A DNA stretch of 31,522 nt from a virus (Duplodnaviria; Caudoviricetes): the IMG/VR virus record IMGVR_UViG_3300029318_000057, positions 1 to 31,522 of that record. One strand, 5' to 3'. Both the position numbers and the translations under genes were made by a program. Every line of letters starts with the position of its first letter. The first letter of the stretch is position 1. The notes beneath the pieces are model-generated. The model ran no database searches, was not told where the DNA came from, and saw only the letters and a program-made list of their open reading frames with translations. Shown piece by piece: positions 8,872-17,986 of this stretch.

Positions 8872-9168
8872 TTGGTGTCATACTCCCCTCCGCAAAAAAC
8901 TACGATCCTGGTCTCTGAACCGGGCAACCTCGCGTTGGAGGTCTCCCTACAGAGCGATGGGGATGTTGACAGGTCAATCCTGATCAACTCAATTCCTGGC
9001 ACTTCCGATGTGCAGATCACTTCGCTTGACGGCGCTGATGTGAATCTGAGGATGAGTGCAGATGACAGCCCCCGCCTGGAAGACGCCCTGGAGCTTGTGC
9101 AGGACTGGCAAAGAGCTGAACGAAGGTCTATCGAGGGTATTGCAGAATATCAACCTGATATGCCTTGA
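8872..9168 (+). CDS. Hypothetical acidic protein
   Basis: 98 aa ORF filling the gap before polA; overlaps the polA 5' end by about 107 nt. Confidence 0.45.
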   Translation: MVSYSPPQKTTILVSEPGNLALEVSLQSDGDVDRSILINSIPGTSDVQITSLDGADVNLRMSADDSPRLEDALELVQDWQRAERRSIEGIAEYQPDMP

Positions 9169-10966
9169 TATTGAAACCACAGGATTAGACCCCTGGAAAG
9201 ATGAGCTGCTGTTAATACAGATCGGAACCGAAAAAGAAGTTTTAGTCATTGACTGCCGTGAAATCCCTTTCGAGGCGATGGCAGTTTTGCTGTTCGTTCT
9301 GGCAAACCCTGAGATCGGAAAGCTGGGATTCAACCTGATGTTCGACATCGCCTTCCTGACGGTGAAGGGGTTCAAGATCCGGGGAGAAATCGTTGATCTG
9401 TTTGCAGCGTCGAAAGTCCTGACTGCTGGGCTGCCGGAAGTCAAAGGACTGAACAGTCTGGCCGGATGCGTGCAGAGGTATCTAGGTCATCGGATGCCGA
9501 AGAAAGACGAACTTCAGGCATCGTTCATCGGCCACACCGGCCCGTTCAACCCTGAACAGCTCGAATATGCAGCGGACGACGTAGGCAAGCTGCTCTTTCT
9601 TCTCTTCGCCGTGATGAAGGCAAAGCTAAAGGAAGCTCGCCTGCAATACGTCTGGAAGCTGGAGTGCAGAGCATTGATGCCTATCACGATGATGTATGTC
9701 AACGGGTTTAAGCTCAACGTCGGTTATTACAAAGATCTGCTGGTCAGCGAGAGGGAGTTCAGAGAAGAGAAAAAATTAGAAGTCATCAAATATCTGGATG
9801 AAAAAGGAGTCTTAGATGAGTACAAGTGTCCGCTAACTGGGGAACTACTCATTCATCCACGTTTCTCAGGTCGAGGCAAGACAAAAACAAAGGGTTTCAA
9901 CCTTGGCTCACCTGCACAGCTTGGGAACGTCCTAGCCGCAGCGGGTGTGCCGCTTGAGAAGAAAACAAACTCAGTCGGGAAAGTCTCGTACAGCTGCGAC
10001 AAAGGTATTCTTGCTTTTCACTTGGCCGACTTTGAAGTCCTTCGCCTATACAAGGAATACAAAGAGGCTGCGGTTGCCTGTCAATATGTTGAAAAATTAG
10101 TAACAATCGCGGAAACTTACCCCGGCAATCGTATTCATGCTCGATATAACGCCATGGTTAGATCCGGTCGCCTAAGTTGTTCTGAACCGAATTTACAACA
10201 AATTAAAAAAGGCAAGAAACATCGCCAGGGGTTTATTGCTGAAGCCGGTAAATTACTTGCGATTGCTGACTACTCGCAGCTGGAAATAAGATTGGTTGCG
10301 GAAGTATCAAGAGACAAGAATCTTCTTGACATTTATAGAAAAGAATTAGACGTACACACAGCGTCAGCTGCGCTGATGACTGGAAAATCGCTAGATGACA
10401 TAACTAAAGACGAACGTACTGCGGCGAAAGTTTTCAATTTTGCCTGCTTGTATGGTGCTGGTGCAAAAACGGTTCGTAAACAAGCCGTCTCAATGTTTGG
10501 TTTAATGTGGTCCTTGGATGAGGTAAAAGAGAAACTTGCACAGTGGAAGTTCGCTTATCCTGGCGTCATTGATTGGCAGCGTTCACAGGGTAATAACGAG
10601 GATCTCGAAGTTTTTACGTTGTTCGGCCGTCGTCGGATTCTGCAACCGCCTAGGCGTGACCCGGAAACAGGAGAAACCACCTCCAACTTCACGACAAACT
10701 TGAACACTCCAGTTCAAGGTCTGGGGGCTGATTGCTTGAAAGCTGCCCTGGCGATGCTCTGGGAGCAGTATCTAGCTGATGATCCAGATATAAAAATCGT
10801 GGCTTGCGTTCACGACGAAATAATTCTGGAAGCGCCTGAAGATCGCGCTGAAGAAGCAATGGCGATTCTCAAAGAGTGCATGGAAGGTGCCGCTCCAAAA
10901 GTCGGAATCACCCACGTCCCAATCGTGGCTGATCCAAGTTGCGGCCCTGACTGGTCGGACAAGTAA
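9062..10966 (+). CDS. polA: Family A DNA polymerase (3'-5' exonuclease plus polymerase domains)
   Basis: ExoI LDIETTG, ExoII FNLMFD, ExoIII YAADD, SGRLSCSEPNLQQ, motif A ADYSQLEIR, motif B RTAAKVFNFACLYG, motif C VHDEI. Confidence 0.97.
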   Translation: MTAPAWKTPWSLCRTGKELNEGLSRVLQNINLICLDIETTGLDPWKDELLLIQIGTEKEVLVIDCREIPFEAMAVLLFVLANPEIGKLGFNLMFDIAFLTVKGFKIRGEIVDLFAASKVLTAGLPEVKGLNSLAGCVQRYLGHRMPKKDELQASFIGHTGPFNPEQLEYAADDVGKLLFLLFAVMKAKLKEARLQYVWKLECRALMPITMMYVNGFKLNVGYYKDLLVSEREFREEKKLEVIKYLDEKGVLDEYKCPLTGELLIHPRFSGRGKTKTKGFNLGSPAQLGNVLAAAGVPLEKKTNSVGKVSYSCDKGILAFHLADFEVLRLYKEYKEAAVACQYVEKLVTIAETYPGNRIHARYNAMVRSGRLSCSEPNLQQIKKGKKHRQGFIAEAGKLLAIADYSQLEIRLVAEVSRDKNLLDIYRKELDVHTASAALMTGKSLDDITKDERTAAKVFNFACLYGAGAKTVRKQAVSMFGLMWSLDEVKEKLAQWKFAYPGVIDWQRSQGNNEDLEVFTLFGRRRILQPPRRDPETGETTSNFTTNLNTPVQGLGADCLKAALAMLWEQYLADDPDIKIVACVHDEIILEAPEDRAEEAMAILKECMEGAAPKVGITHVPIVADPSCGPDWSDK

Positions 10967-10989
10967 CCAAATTCATTCCAAGCAAACCA

Positions 10990-11214
10990 ATGAACCTCAA
11001 AAAACCACTCACCCTCGAAGAAGTCAAAGCCGCTTCAGATAAGTGGCTGCCTCTGTATAAGCACGTTCGGGGCAAGCTCCCAGACGTGACCACCGTCGAG
11101 GAAACACTGCTGGTAATGGATCGCATTGCCAAGCTCGCTACCCACATGCGAGCCATGAAAGAACGAGATGAAAGGGATTCTCGTTTTGGGTTCAACAAAA
11201 ACCAGGAAGAGTGA
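10990..11214 (+). CDS. Hypothetical phage protein
   Basis: 74 aa, ATG start just after polA on the same strand. Confidence 0.75.
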   Translation: MNLKKPLTLEEVKAASDKWLPLYKHVRGKLPDVTTVEETLLVMDRIAKLATHMRAMKERDERDSRFGFNKNQEE

Positions 11215-11266
11215 GGATGTCTAACTTTTTTAGGTCTAGTTTGGAGTGCCTCTGGAACCTTAGACC

Positions 11267-11530
11267 GTGGCCTCCTCTCCACGTTTCAAGCCGTCGTATC
11301 CGTCGAATCCTGAATCGGTTATTCAGGCCGCCAGACAACGGGCCAGAGCAGCCTTAAAGGAGACCAATCCAAAGCTGACCTCGCTTGAAAAGGCCTTCTA
11401 TGAAAAATTTAAGGCTGACGAGATCATCGGTATAAAAGTATTGAAAAAGGGCCGATACATTGTATCGACAAGAGCTTCTCAAAAGCTTGAACGAACTAGC
11501 CGAGCAGATGCCCGTAGGCCTGCTGCATAG
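11267..11530 (+). CDS. Hypothetical basic protein
   Basis: 87 aa ORF in operon orientation. Confidence 0.55.
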   Translation: MASSPRFKPSYPSNPESVIQAARQRARAALKETNPKLTSLEKAFYEKFKADEIIGIKVLKKGRYIVSTRASQKLERTSRADARRPAA

Positions 11531-11636
11531 GCTCGTTTTAGATGCCCAGGAATTTTTGAACTGGCACCACTCGAAGAAACAATCACGCCGTAAGTGGCGT
11601 GGCCAAAAACCAAGAGGGTACGGACGCTTTGATTGA
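11460..11636 (+). CDS. Small hypothetical protein not in the ORF track (58 aa)
   Basis: TTG start with AAAGGG upstream; MYRQELLKSLNELAEQMPVGLLHRLVLDAQEFLNWHHSKKQSRRKWRGQKPRGYGRFD; helical N-terminus, basic tail. Confidence 0.5.
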   Translation: MYRQELLKSLNELAEQMPVGLLHRLVLDAQEFLNWHHSKKQSRRKWRGQKPRGYGRFD

Positions 11637-12147
11637 CAGACGAATCCGCGAGCTATGCGAAACGGCAGGCCTTGTGACTCCCTACAACGAGAACTGCGTT
11701 CAACCCTGCTCCTACGATGTTCACCTTGGCTACAGAGCCCATCTCGACACCCCTACAGGGCTGAAAGAGTTTGATCTGGGACAGTTTTCAGTCGTCAACC
11801 CTTTCTTTATGGAGCCAGGTGACTTCATGTTGGGTGAGACTATCGAGAACATAAGGCTCCCGTTTAACGTTGAAGCCCACTTACACCTCGTAAGCTCCAG
11901 AGCCCGAGAAGGGCTGCAGCACGCGGTTTCTGGGCTGGTTGATTGTGGATGGGATGGAGTTCTGACGCTTGAACTGAAGAACAACCTTAGATACGGTCAA
12001 ATTGGGATTTACCCAGGACTGCGGATCGCACAGCTCACATTCTTTGAATACGACGAATGTGCTGAAAACCCCTATTTTGGCCGCTACTTTGGAGATACAG
12101 CCGTTAGCAAAGCTAAGGATGGGCAGGACTTTCTATACTTTTCATGA
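11599..12147 (+). CDS. dcd: dCTP deaminase
   Basis: VQPCSYDVHLG, LGETIE, SSRAREGL, GLVDCGWDGVLTLEL and PGLRIAQL motifs. Confidence 0.92.
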   Translation: MAKNQEGTDALIDRRIRELCETAGLVTPYNENCVQPCSYDVHLGYRAHLDTPTGLKEFDLGQFSVVNPFFMEPGDFMLGETIENIRLPFNVEAHLHLVSSRAREGLQHAVSGLVDCGWDGVLTLELKNNLRYGQIGIYPGLRIAQLTFFEYDECAENPYFGRYFGDTAVSKAKDGQDFLYFS

Positions 12148-12289
12148 TCATAAAATTTATGAAGTAGGTTTTCCTGTTGGCGAGGATGCTGCTTTTTATG
12201 TGTTCATCAATGGACAGCGTCATTATTTCAAGACTCTTCGTCAGGCTCAGATTTACATTGAGTCGGTTCTGCCTTCTTTAGAGAAATAA
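12119..12289 (+). CDS. Small hypothetical protein (56 aa from ATG 12119)
   Basis: MGRTFYTFHDHKIYEVG...FYVFINGQRHYFKTLRQAQIYIE; overlaps the dcd 3' end. Confidence 0.5.
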   Translation: MGRTFYTFHDHKIYEVGFPVGEDAAFYVFINGQRHYFKTLRQAQIYIESVLPSLEK

Positions 12290-12416
12290 CACCATCCTCT
12301 GACACATCCCATTTCAATAAAGTGTCTGGTTTCCATCCGGTGTGATCTAACAAGTCCTGAGGCAACTCGACTACACCCTTTTCATTAAAGGAAATGGACC
12401 ACTTTTTGTTTGTCAT
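12228..12416 (-). CDS. AbrB/MazE/SpoVT-like DNA-binding protein
   Basis: GVVELPQDLLDHTGWKPDTLLKWDVSEDGVISLKK fits the swapped-hairpin pattern. Confidence 0.75.
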   Translation of the reverse strand: MTNKKWSISFNEKGVVELPQDLLDHTGWKPDTLLKWDVSEDGVISLKKAEPTQCKSEPDEES

Positions 12417-12418
12417 TT

Positions 12419-12577
12419 ATGGAAAACGATAAAGATCTAGAACGAGAAAAACTATCTCTTGCTCTTGAAAATTACCTTAAGCTTACAAAACAACCGGGTT
12501 TAAGCGCAGGTGCCAGGACCGTGCTTCTTTTGCAGATCGAACATATACAAAACTTGATCCAGAAACGAGTTGATTAA
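12419..12577 (+). CDS. Small hypothetical helical protein not in the ORF track (52 aa)
   Basis: MENDKDLEREKLSLALENYLKLTKQPGLSAGARTVLLLQIEHIQNLIQKRVD. Confidence 0.5.
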   Translation: MENDKDLEREKLSLALENYLKLTKQPGLSAGARTVLLLQIEHIQNLIQKRVD

Positions 12578-12661
12578 CTCAAACTTAAATTCAACCGTTT
12601 AAGGTTGGCCGGTTCACCTGGAAAAGTCAAAATAAGCGCCGACGCGGTCGTGCTCCTTTTT

Positions 12662-14998
12662 ATGTCGTCAAATGATTCTTTCAGCAGCGGAGCTCCGGCC
12701 GCTGAGCCGGTGTTCTATCGCACCTATAGCCGGATGACTGACAACGGTCGGGAGACTTATGAGCAGGTCACTGACCGCACCGTTGCTGGCCTTTCAGAAC
12801 TCGGGAAGTTCAATCCTGACGAAACGGATCTAGTGCGCGAGATGCAAGAGCAGCGCAAGGTGCTCCCCTCTGGACGCTGGCTTTGGACAGGCGGCACGGA
12901 GTGGATCGCGGAACCTAAAAATTTCAGCGGCTCATACAACTGCACTTCGACGCGAGTAACCGACTGGCGGTCACTGGCTTTGATGATGGATCTGGCGATG
13001 ATGGGGTCCGGCACCGGAGCGGTGCTTGAAGACGCGCTGATCGTCAACCTCCCGACAATCAGGAACCGCATTGTCCTTAAGGAAGTGCTGGGAGTCGGCT
13101 CAACGTCTCCTGAAAATCGACGTGAGCACACGTATGTCGAGACAAGGGGCAACACGGTCACCATCGACGTGGGCGATTCACGGGCAGGGTGGGTGGAGTC
13201 CTACGAAGCATTCCTAGAGCTGGCTAGTGACAATATTTTTGATCACACTCGACCAGTCAGCGTCTACGTCGATTGCTCCCGTGTACGGCCTGCAGGAGAG
13301 CGTCTCAAGGGCTTTGGCGGCGTCTCCAATCCGATCAAGCTGCCAGACCTCTACCAGAAGCTTGCCAACGTTCTGAACGGCGCACACAAGCGTCAACTCT
13401 CCAGTGTTGAGATCTGTCTGCTGATCGACGAGGCAGCTCAGGTTGTGGTCGCTGGAAACATTCGCCGCAGTGCTGGGATGCGCCAGTTCAACAGCTACGA
13501 CGAAGAAGCAGAGATCGCTAAGGACAATCTTTGGCAGCAAGACGCTGATGGTAATTGGAGCATTGATCCAAAACGGGATGCGCTACGGATGGCGAATCAC
13601 ACCCGTGTGTTCCACGGAGCCCCTACATATGGTGTAGTCAAGGCGGCTGTCACCAAACAGTTCTATAGCGGTGAAGGGGCGATCCAGTACGCGCCAGAAG
13701 CCATCGCAAGGTCGAATGTCGATGTCTTGGAGACAGAGACCCAACGGCGCAACTTCCTATGTGCCTACGAACGTTTTGGCCGGGCTGATGCTCGCCGGTA
13801 CTTAGCCGAGCAAATCAAAGAGCCAATCACTACAGAGGAGTTGGATCACCGGATGGATCGCTACGGACTTAACCCTTGCGGGGAGATTCTTGGCGCTGAC
13901 TTCCATTGCAACCTCTCAGAGATCCATCTCAACCGATTGGATCCACATGACTGGGAAGAACTAGACCGTGCGTTCGAGGCGGGCGCTCTGATCGCAGCGG
14001 CACTGCTGCATCACCGTTTCCAAGAACCTCGCTATCAGCAATCTCGCGAGTGGGATCCCATCGTCGGGGTGAGCTTCACCGGATTTTTTGACTTCTGTGT
14101 TCATGCGTTCGGAGCTGAATGGCTGCAGTGGTGGGAAGCGGGTCGAGGTGACACCGTGCAAGGTCGGCAGTTCCGAAAGCTCGAAGCGGATTACCTCCGC
14201 CGCTGGAAAAAAGTCGTACAGAAAACAGTCTGGGATTACTGCGACAAGCACCACCTAAGACGCCCTAACCGATTCACCACCGTCCAACCTGCAGGAACTA
14301 AGTCTCTGCTTACTGGGGCCAGCAGCGGCTGGCATCCACCAAAAGCTGCCCGCTTTATTCGTCGGATCACCTTTGCGAAAAATGATCCGGTGGCCCTGGC
14401 TTGTAAGGACTTCGGCTACTCCGTCATCCCTGCACAGTCAGATAAGGATGAACAGGGGCGGCTCCTCGATGATCCATTTGACCCGCGATGCACTGAGTGG
14501 TTGGTTGAAATCCCCACAGAAGTCAGCTGGGCAAATATCCCAGGCGCTGATGAGGTGGACATCTCGAAGTTCAGTGCGGCTGCTCAGTTTGACTTCTATA
14601 TGAATGTTCAACGGCATTACACAACGCACAACACATCAGCCACCATCGAATTCCGAGAGGAAGAGATTGAGGATGTTTCTAGATTGATTTTTGAATCGAT
14701 CGATATGCAGCGGGGTTATATCTCCGCTGCATTACTCGCCCGGTTCGACAGCCTTGAGACATTCCCGCGGTTGCCGTTTGAGCCGATCGCGTCGAAACTT
14801 GAGTATTTCCAGCTCCAGGCCGAAGTCCATCAGCGCCGCAGATCTGATGACTTTAATGAACTACTCAAAAAATACGACGGCGACAGACTTGTCGAGGCTG
14901 GCCCTGCTGCCTGTGACTCTGATTATTGCCTGAAGCCATCCGCGTCTGCTGAAGCTAAACCCTTCTCAGAAGAATCAATGTTTGCACCAATATCATGA
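12662..14998 (+). CDS. nrdJ: Class II (B12-dependent) ribonucleotide reductase, cyanobacterial monomeric type
   Basis: PVFYRTYSR, LPSGRWLW, YNC, VVAGNIRRSA, NPCGEI, TVQPAGTKSLL and C-terminal CDSDYC redox pair; no beta-subunit gene nearby. ATG 12662 preferred over 12605. Confidence 0.95.
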   Translation: MSSNDSFSSGAPAAEPVFYRTYSRMTDNGRETYEQVTDRTVAGLSELGKFNPDETDLVREMQEQRKVLPSGRWLWTGGTEWIAEPKNFSGSYNCTSTRVTDWRSLALMMDLAMMGSGTGAVLEDALIVNLPTIRNRIVLKEVLGVGSTSPENRREHTYVETRGNTVTIDVGDSRAGWVESYEAFLELASDNIFDHTRPVSVYVDCSRVRPAGERLKGFGGVSNPIKLPDLYQKLANVLNGAHKRQLSSVEICLLIDEAAQVVVAGNIRRSAGMRQFNSYDEEAEIAKDNLWQQDADGNWSIDPKRDALRMANHTRVFHGAPTYGVVKAAVTKQFYSGEGAIQYAPEAIARSNVDVLETETQRRNFLCAYERFGRADARRYLAEQIKEPITTEELDHRMDRYGLNPCGEILGADFHCNLSEIHLNRLDPHDWEELDRAFEAGALIAAALLHHRFQEPRYQQSREWDPIVGVSFTGFFDFCVHAFGAEWLQWWEAGRGDTVQGRQFRKLEADYLRRWKKVVQKTVWDYCDKHHLRRPNRFTTVQPAGTKSLLTGASSGWHPPKAARFIRRITFAKNDPVALACKDFGYSVIPAQSDKDEQGRLLDDPFDPRCTEWLVEIPTEVSWANIPGADEVDISKFSAAAQFDFYMNVQRHYTTHNTSATIEFREEEIEDVSRLIFESIDMQRGYISAALLARFDSLETFPRLPFEPIASKLEYFQLQAEVHQRRRSDDFNELLKKYDGDRLVEAGPAACDSDYCLKPSASAEAKPFSEESMFAPIS

Positions 14999-15189
14999 GC
15001 ATTTTTAACAATAAAGATGACGAAATCTTGGAGCAGATTCAAGAACTTAAGGCCGGTATTATGGACCTTAAGTACAGATTGGTAGACATTGAATCGTGGA
15101 TGATACAACAAGAGAAAACTGGCAAAAAATCCGTGCCCATCTGGAAAAGGTGGGTGCAACGGAAAACTGGTTTTTCAAAAGAGCTGTAA
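14995..15189 (+). CDS. Hypothetical coiled-coil protein
   Basis: ATGA coupling to nrdJ; 64 aa. Confidence 0.7.
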   Translation: MSIFNNKDDEILEQIQELKAGIMDLKYRLVDIESWMIQQEKTGKKSVPIWKRWVQRKTGFSKEL

Positions 15190-15198
15190 GCATCTGCG

Positions 15199-15513
15199 GT
15201 GGGGGGCCTGATCCAATGGATCACCCTCCCATGGACGCCAGCGACACAAACGACTGACACTTGCTTTTCAAACGTGGCCTTAGACATTTCACAGCTCAAC
15301 GTTTTACGAACTGAGCTAACACATGCAGTCCTTGAAAAAATGAGTGAGCAGGATAAACGCTGCTACTTATATCAAGTCATCTACAATAAATACGCCAATT
15401 TAGGCGCATCTGAGTTGCGATCGGAGTGCAAAAAAGTTTTGGATGACGAAACTAATCTCGCGATAGATACAGCGTTCAGGTTCCAAGATTGGATGCGTCA
15501 AAAATATAGTTAA
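15199..15513 (+). CDS. Hypothetical protein (start uncertain)
   Basis: ORF in operon orientation. Confidence 0.6.
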   Translation: MGGLIQWITLPWTPATQTTDTCFSNVALDISQLNVLRTELTHAVLEKMSEQDKRCYLYQVIYNKYANLGASELRSECKKVLDDETNLAIDTAFRFQDWMRQKYS

Positions 15514-15515
15514 AA

Positions 15516-15815
15516 ATGCTTATTTTAATTAGCGCGTTACTGCTGTTTGCACAGCCTGCGACAGCCGCAACTGAATGCGGAATCGTTGATGCCACAAAAC
15601 ATTTCTGTGTCCAACCGACTGGCGATACAGGTGTTGAGCTGTGGGTTGTTGAGGCCTCTCTCGGCTCTCGGCTTCATATCAAGGTTGACTGCATGACAAA
15701 AGCCGTGCGGATCGTCAAAGCCTCTGAAGAGTGGAGCATTCCCATGATTCAACAGGGTGCCAAACTCGCCTGTAAGCACGTCTATTCGGACGCTTTAAAG
15801 GGGTCGGTGATATAG
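15516..15815 (+). CDS. Putative exported protein with signal peptide
   Basis: Hydrophobic N-terminus MLILISALLLFAQPATA with an AxA site; four Cys in the mature part. Confidence 0.65.
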   Translation: MLILISALLLFAQPATAATECGIVDATKHFCVQPTGDTGVELWVVEASLGSRLHIKVDCMTKAVRIVKASEEWSIPMIQQGAKLACKHVYSDALKGSVI

Positions 15816-16024
15816 CGGAAGTCGCTGGTTTTTTCTGGCTGTCTGACCCTATTTACATCGACAAACGAATAGACCGCGTCTTGCCGACCTTTGCGCTGCA
15901 ACTCGGCTAATCCCCTTTGAGCCAACTCCCAGGTCCATGCTGCTGCCACTGTCTTGACGGTGCGACGGCCGTTTTCTCTGGTGCGCCTTGTAATCCAGAT
16001 TGGGTGAGTCCGATGTTGCGGCAT
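15782..16024 (-). CDS. Hypothetical basic protein
   Basis: 80 aa, ATG start, divergent from the excisionase-like gene. Confidence 0.55.
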   Translation of the reverse strand: MPQHRTHPIWITRRTRENGRRTVKTVAAAWTWELAQRGLAELQRKGRQDAVYSFVDVNRVRQPEKTSDFRYITDPFKASE

Positions 16025-16107
16025 TCCGCTGCCTTTGTTAAATCCACGTTTTAACCTAGACCATTCCAGGTTAAATCGCGAGACTAGAAAGGTGAAAGTG
16101 GGGTCCG

Positions 16108-16386
16108 ATGACCAGGCAATACATCTCCAGTGCTCAGGCCTGCACCCTGTTAGGCGTCTCTGCTTCGACGCTAAAGCGGTGGCGGCACACGAACAAATTG
16201 ATGAAAGGGGTTCACTACACCCAGTACGGGCGGTGGACGATCCGTTACAACGTCAGCTGGCTTAAAAAGTTTCGAGAGTCAGGGGGCCGTGGTTCACACA
16301 AGATTGATGTCGCTAACTATTTGAACTCAATGAAGCGATCAGCTCCATGGCCAGCTTCTGCTTCTCGGCAGCAGATAGGTTCTTGA
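16108..16386 (+). CDS. Excisionase-like (MerR-type HTH) protein
   Basis: YISSAQACTLLGVSASTLKRWR...GVHY...IRYN; basic, 92 aa; convergent with the integrase. Confidence 0.8.
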   Translation: MTRQYISSAQACTLLGVSASTLKRWRHTNKLMKGVHYTQYGRWTIRYNVSWLKKFRESGGRGSHKIDVANYLNSMKRSAPWPASASRQQIGS

Positions 16387-17908
16387 CTAGATCTTGAACA
16401 CCGGTTACCTGCTTGACCTTGTCTTGTTGCGGAAAACTCAGAACACCTGAGTAGTGCTTACGCATTGTTGACTCGGTATCGCCAATCCAATAAGAAATCT
16501 GCCGTTGGCTGTACTCGCCAATCCGGCACATCATGCTCACATAGGTATGGCGCAGGTTGTACGGACGCCGGTAGCGGACACCTGCCTCAGCGCACGCTCG
16601 GATGAAGTAGCGGCGGAAGTTGTGCCAATCGAAAGGCAAGCGAAAATCATCTCCCGCACCAGGCCCTTGGAAAACAAGGCGCTTACGCCATTCCCAGTCC
16701 TTCATGCACTTTCTATGTGAAGGGAGAACTTGGAAGATCGCCTTTTCAAAAAGCTTCTCGAATCCAGGAACAAAGGTGTTTAGCTCTGGCTGATGCTCAC
16801 AACCGTTTTTTACCTTTTTGAATCTTTTTTCAGGATCGAGGTGGATTCGATTCGTCTTATCAACTGCCATTTCAAACAGAACTGGATCACCTGTCAGAAC
16901 AAAATCATCGGCGACTTCAACGTGATAGCCGAGCTGGTGTCCTTCCCAAAGTCCCAGCACATGATCCCAACGAAGAGCTAGCACCTCATTAGGTCTTGCA
17001 CCTGTGGCGAGCAAAATCGCAAACAACGGGAAGTAGGGCCTCAGATATTCGTTTCTAAGGAAAGCCTTGCATAAGGCTTCAGCCTCTGGTGGTGTGAATG
17101 GTTGAGGCCGAGCATTCTCATCACCGATCTTGCTTTCTTCAATAATTCGGTCGATCTCTTTTCTTTCGGTATTGATCGGGTTGCCTCGTCCCTTGGCATC
17201 AGTGACGCCCCAGTTGATTCCTCGCGTTACTCCAGAACTTTTGGGTTTCCTTGCACCACGACTAAGCGCCGTTGAAAGCAAAGCGTATGTCCCCCTAAGA
17301 GTGCTGTAAGCACGGTCAGCTGCAATCCAAGCAGCCGACATATTTTGAGCAACGTCTTCATCGAGATCCTCGCAAGCTATGTGACCAAAAGTCTCCCCAT
17401 TGGGGCCGGTCATTGCGAGCAGTTGGTAGGCGCTATCTCCGTAGTTGTCTTTCTGATTATCTGATCCAACTTTTTGCTGCATGTGCCATCGCAGCGCATG
17501 ACCAAGAGTGCCGAATGGATACGTCTTGGAAACTCTCGGACGATTGACGTGATCAGTCCGTAATTCTCCCATCCAATAGCCGTCACGCATCTCTTCGAGG
17601 ACGCCCTGGAAAAGCATGAACTTTTCGGGATATTGCTTCAAGAAAGACAGTGCATCCTCTTTGCTGGTGATGTCTCGCGGACAGTTGATTCCCAGACTGC
17701 GGGCGACAACCTTCCGATCGCGTGAGTAGTCCCGTGCGCGGATACGAAAGCCTCTGTTGTTGCTTTCAACCTCAATCGCTATCGAACGTTTGAAACCATT
17801 CCGAGTCGGTAGCTCGACCTTATGGATTGTGCCTGATGCAGGGGCCATTAGCTGTGTCCAGTTAGGTGCAATGACCTCCACTGATTTGACCTGATCCGAT
17901 AGCCCCAT
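16313..17908 (-). CDS. int: Tyrosine recombinase / integrase
   Basis: LLATGARPNEVLALRW (catalytic R), KKVKN (K), PYNLRHTYVS (R), MRKHY (catalytic Y); long N-terminal region. Confidence 0.93.
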   Translation of the reverse strand: MGLSDQVKSVEVIAPNWTQLMAPASGTIHKVELPTRNGFKRSIAIEVESNNRGFRIRARDYSRDRKVVARSLGINCPRDITSKEDALSFLKQYPEKFMLFQGVLEEMRDGYWMGELRTDHVNRPRVSKTYPFGTLGHALRWHMQQKVGSDNQKDNYGDSAYQLLAMTGPNGETFGHIACEDLDEDVAQNMSAAWIAADRAYSTLRGTYALLSTALSRGARKPKSSGVTRGINWGVTDAKGRGNPINTERKEIDRIIEESKIGDENARPQPFTPPEAEALCKAFLRNEYLRPYFPLFAILLATGARPNEVLALRWDHVLGLWEGHQLGYHVEVADDFVLTGDPVLFEMAVDKTNRIHLDPEKRFKKVKNGCEHQPELNTFVPGFEKLFEKAIFQVLPSHRKCMKDWEWRKRLVFQGPGAGDDFRLPFDWHNFRRYFIRACAEAGVRYRRPYNLRHTYVSMMCRIGEYSQRQISYWIGDTESTMRKHYSGVLSFPQQDKVKQVTGVQDLVKNLSAAEKQKLAMELIASLSSNS

Positions 17909-17986
17909 GACCCCGAAATCGAAGGAACGGGGGGCGGTAGTCAGCGGAGGAATTTGACTGGAGATGACCCGGTTTGACCGAATCTG

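Noticed and set aside
11441-11462. Frameshift at G-AAA-AAG fusing 11267..11530 to the 11460 ORF
   Set aside because: The downstream ORF is in the +1 frame, and the -1 frame hits a stop soon after.
12662-14998. Intein or intron in nrdJ (also checked polA and the helicase)
   Set aside because: Lengths are normal, catalytic motifs are contiguous and no splice-junction motifs are seen.
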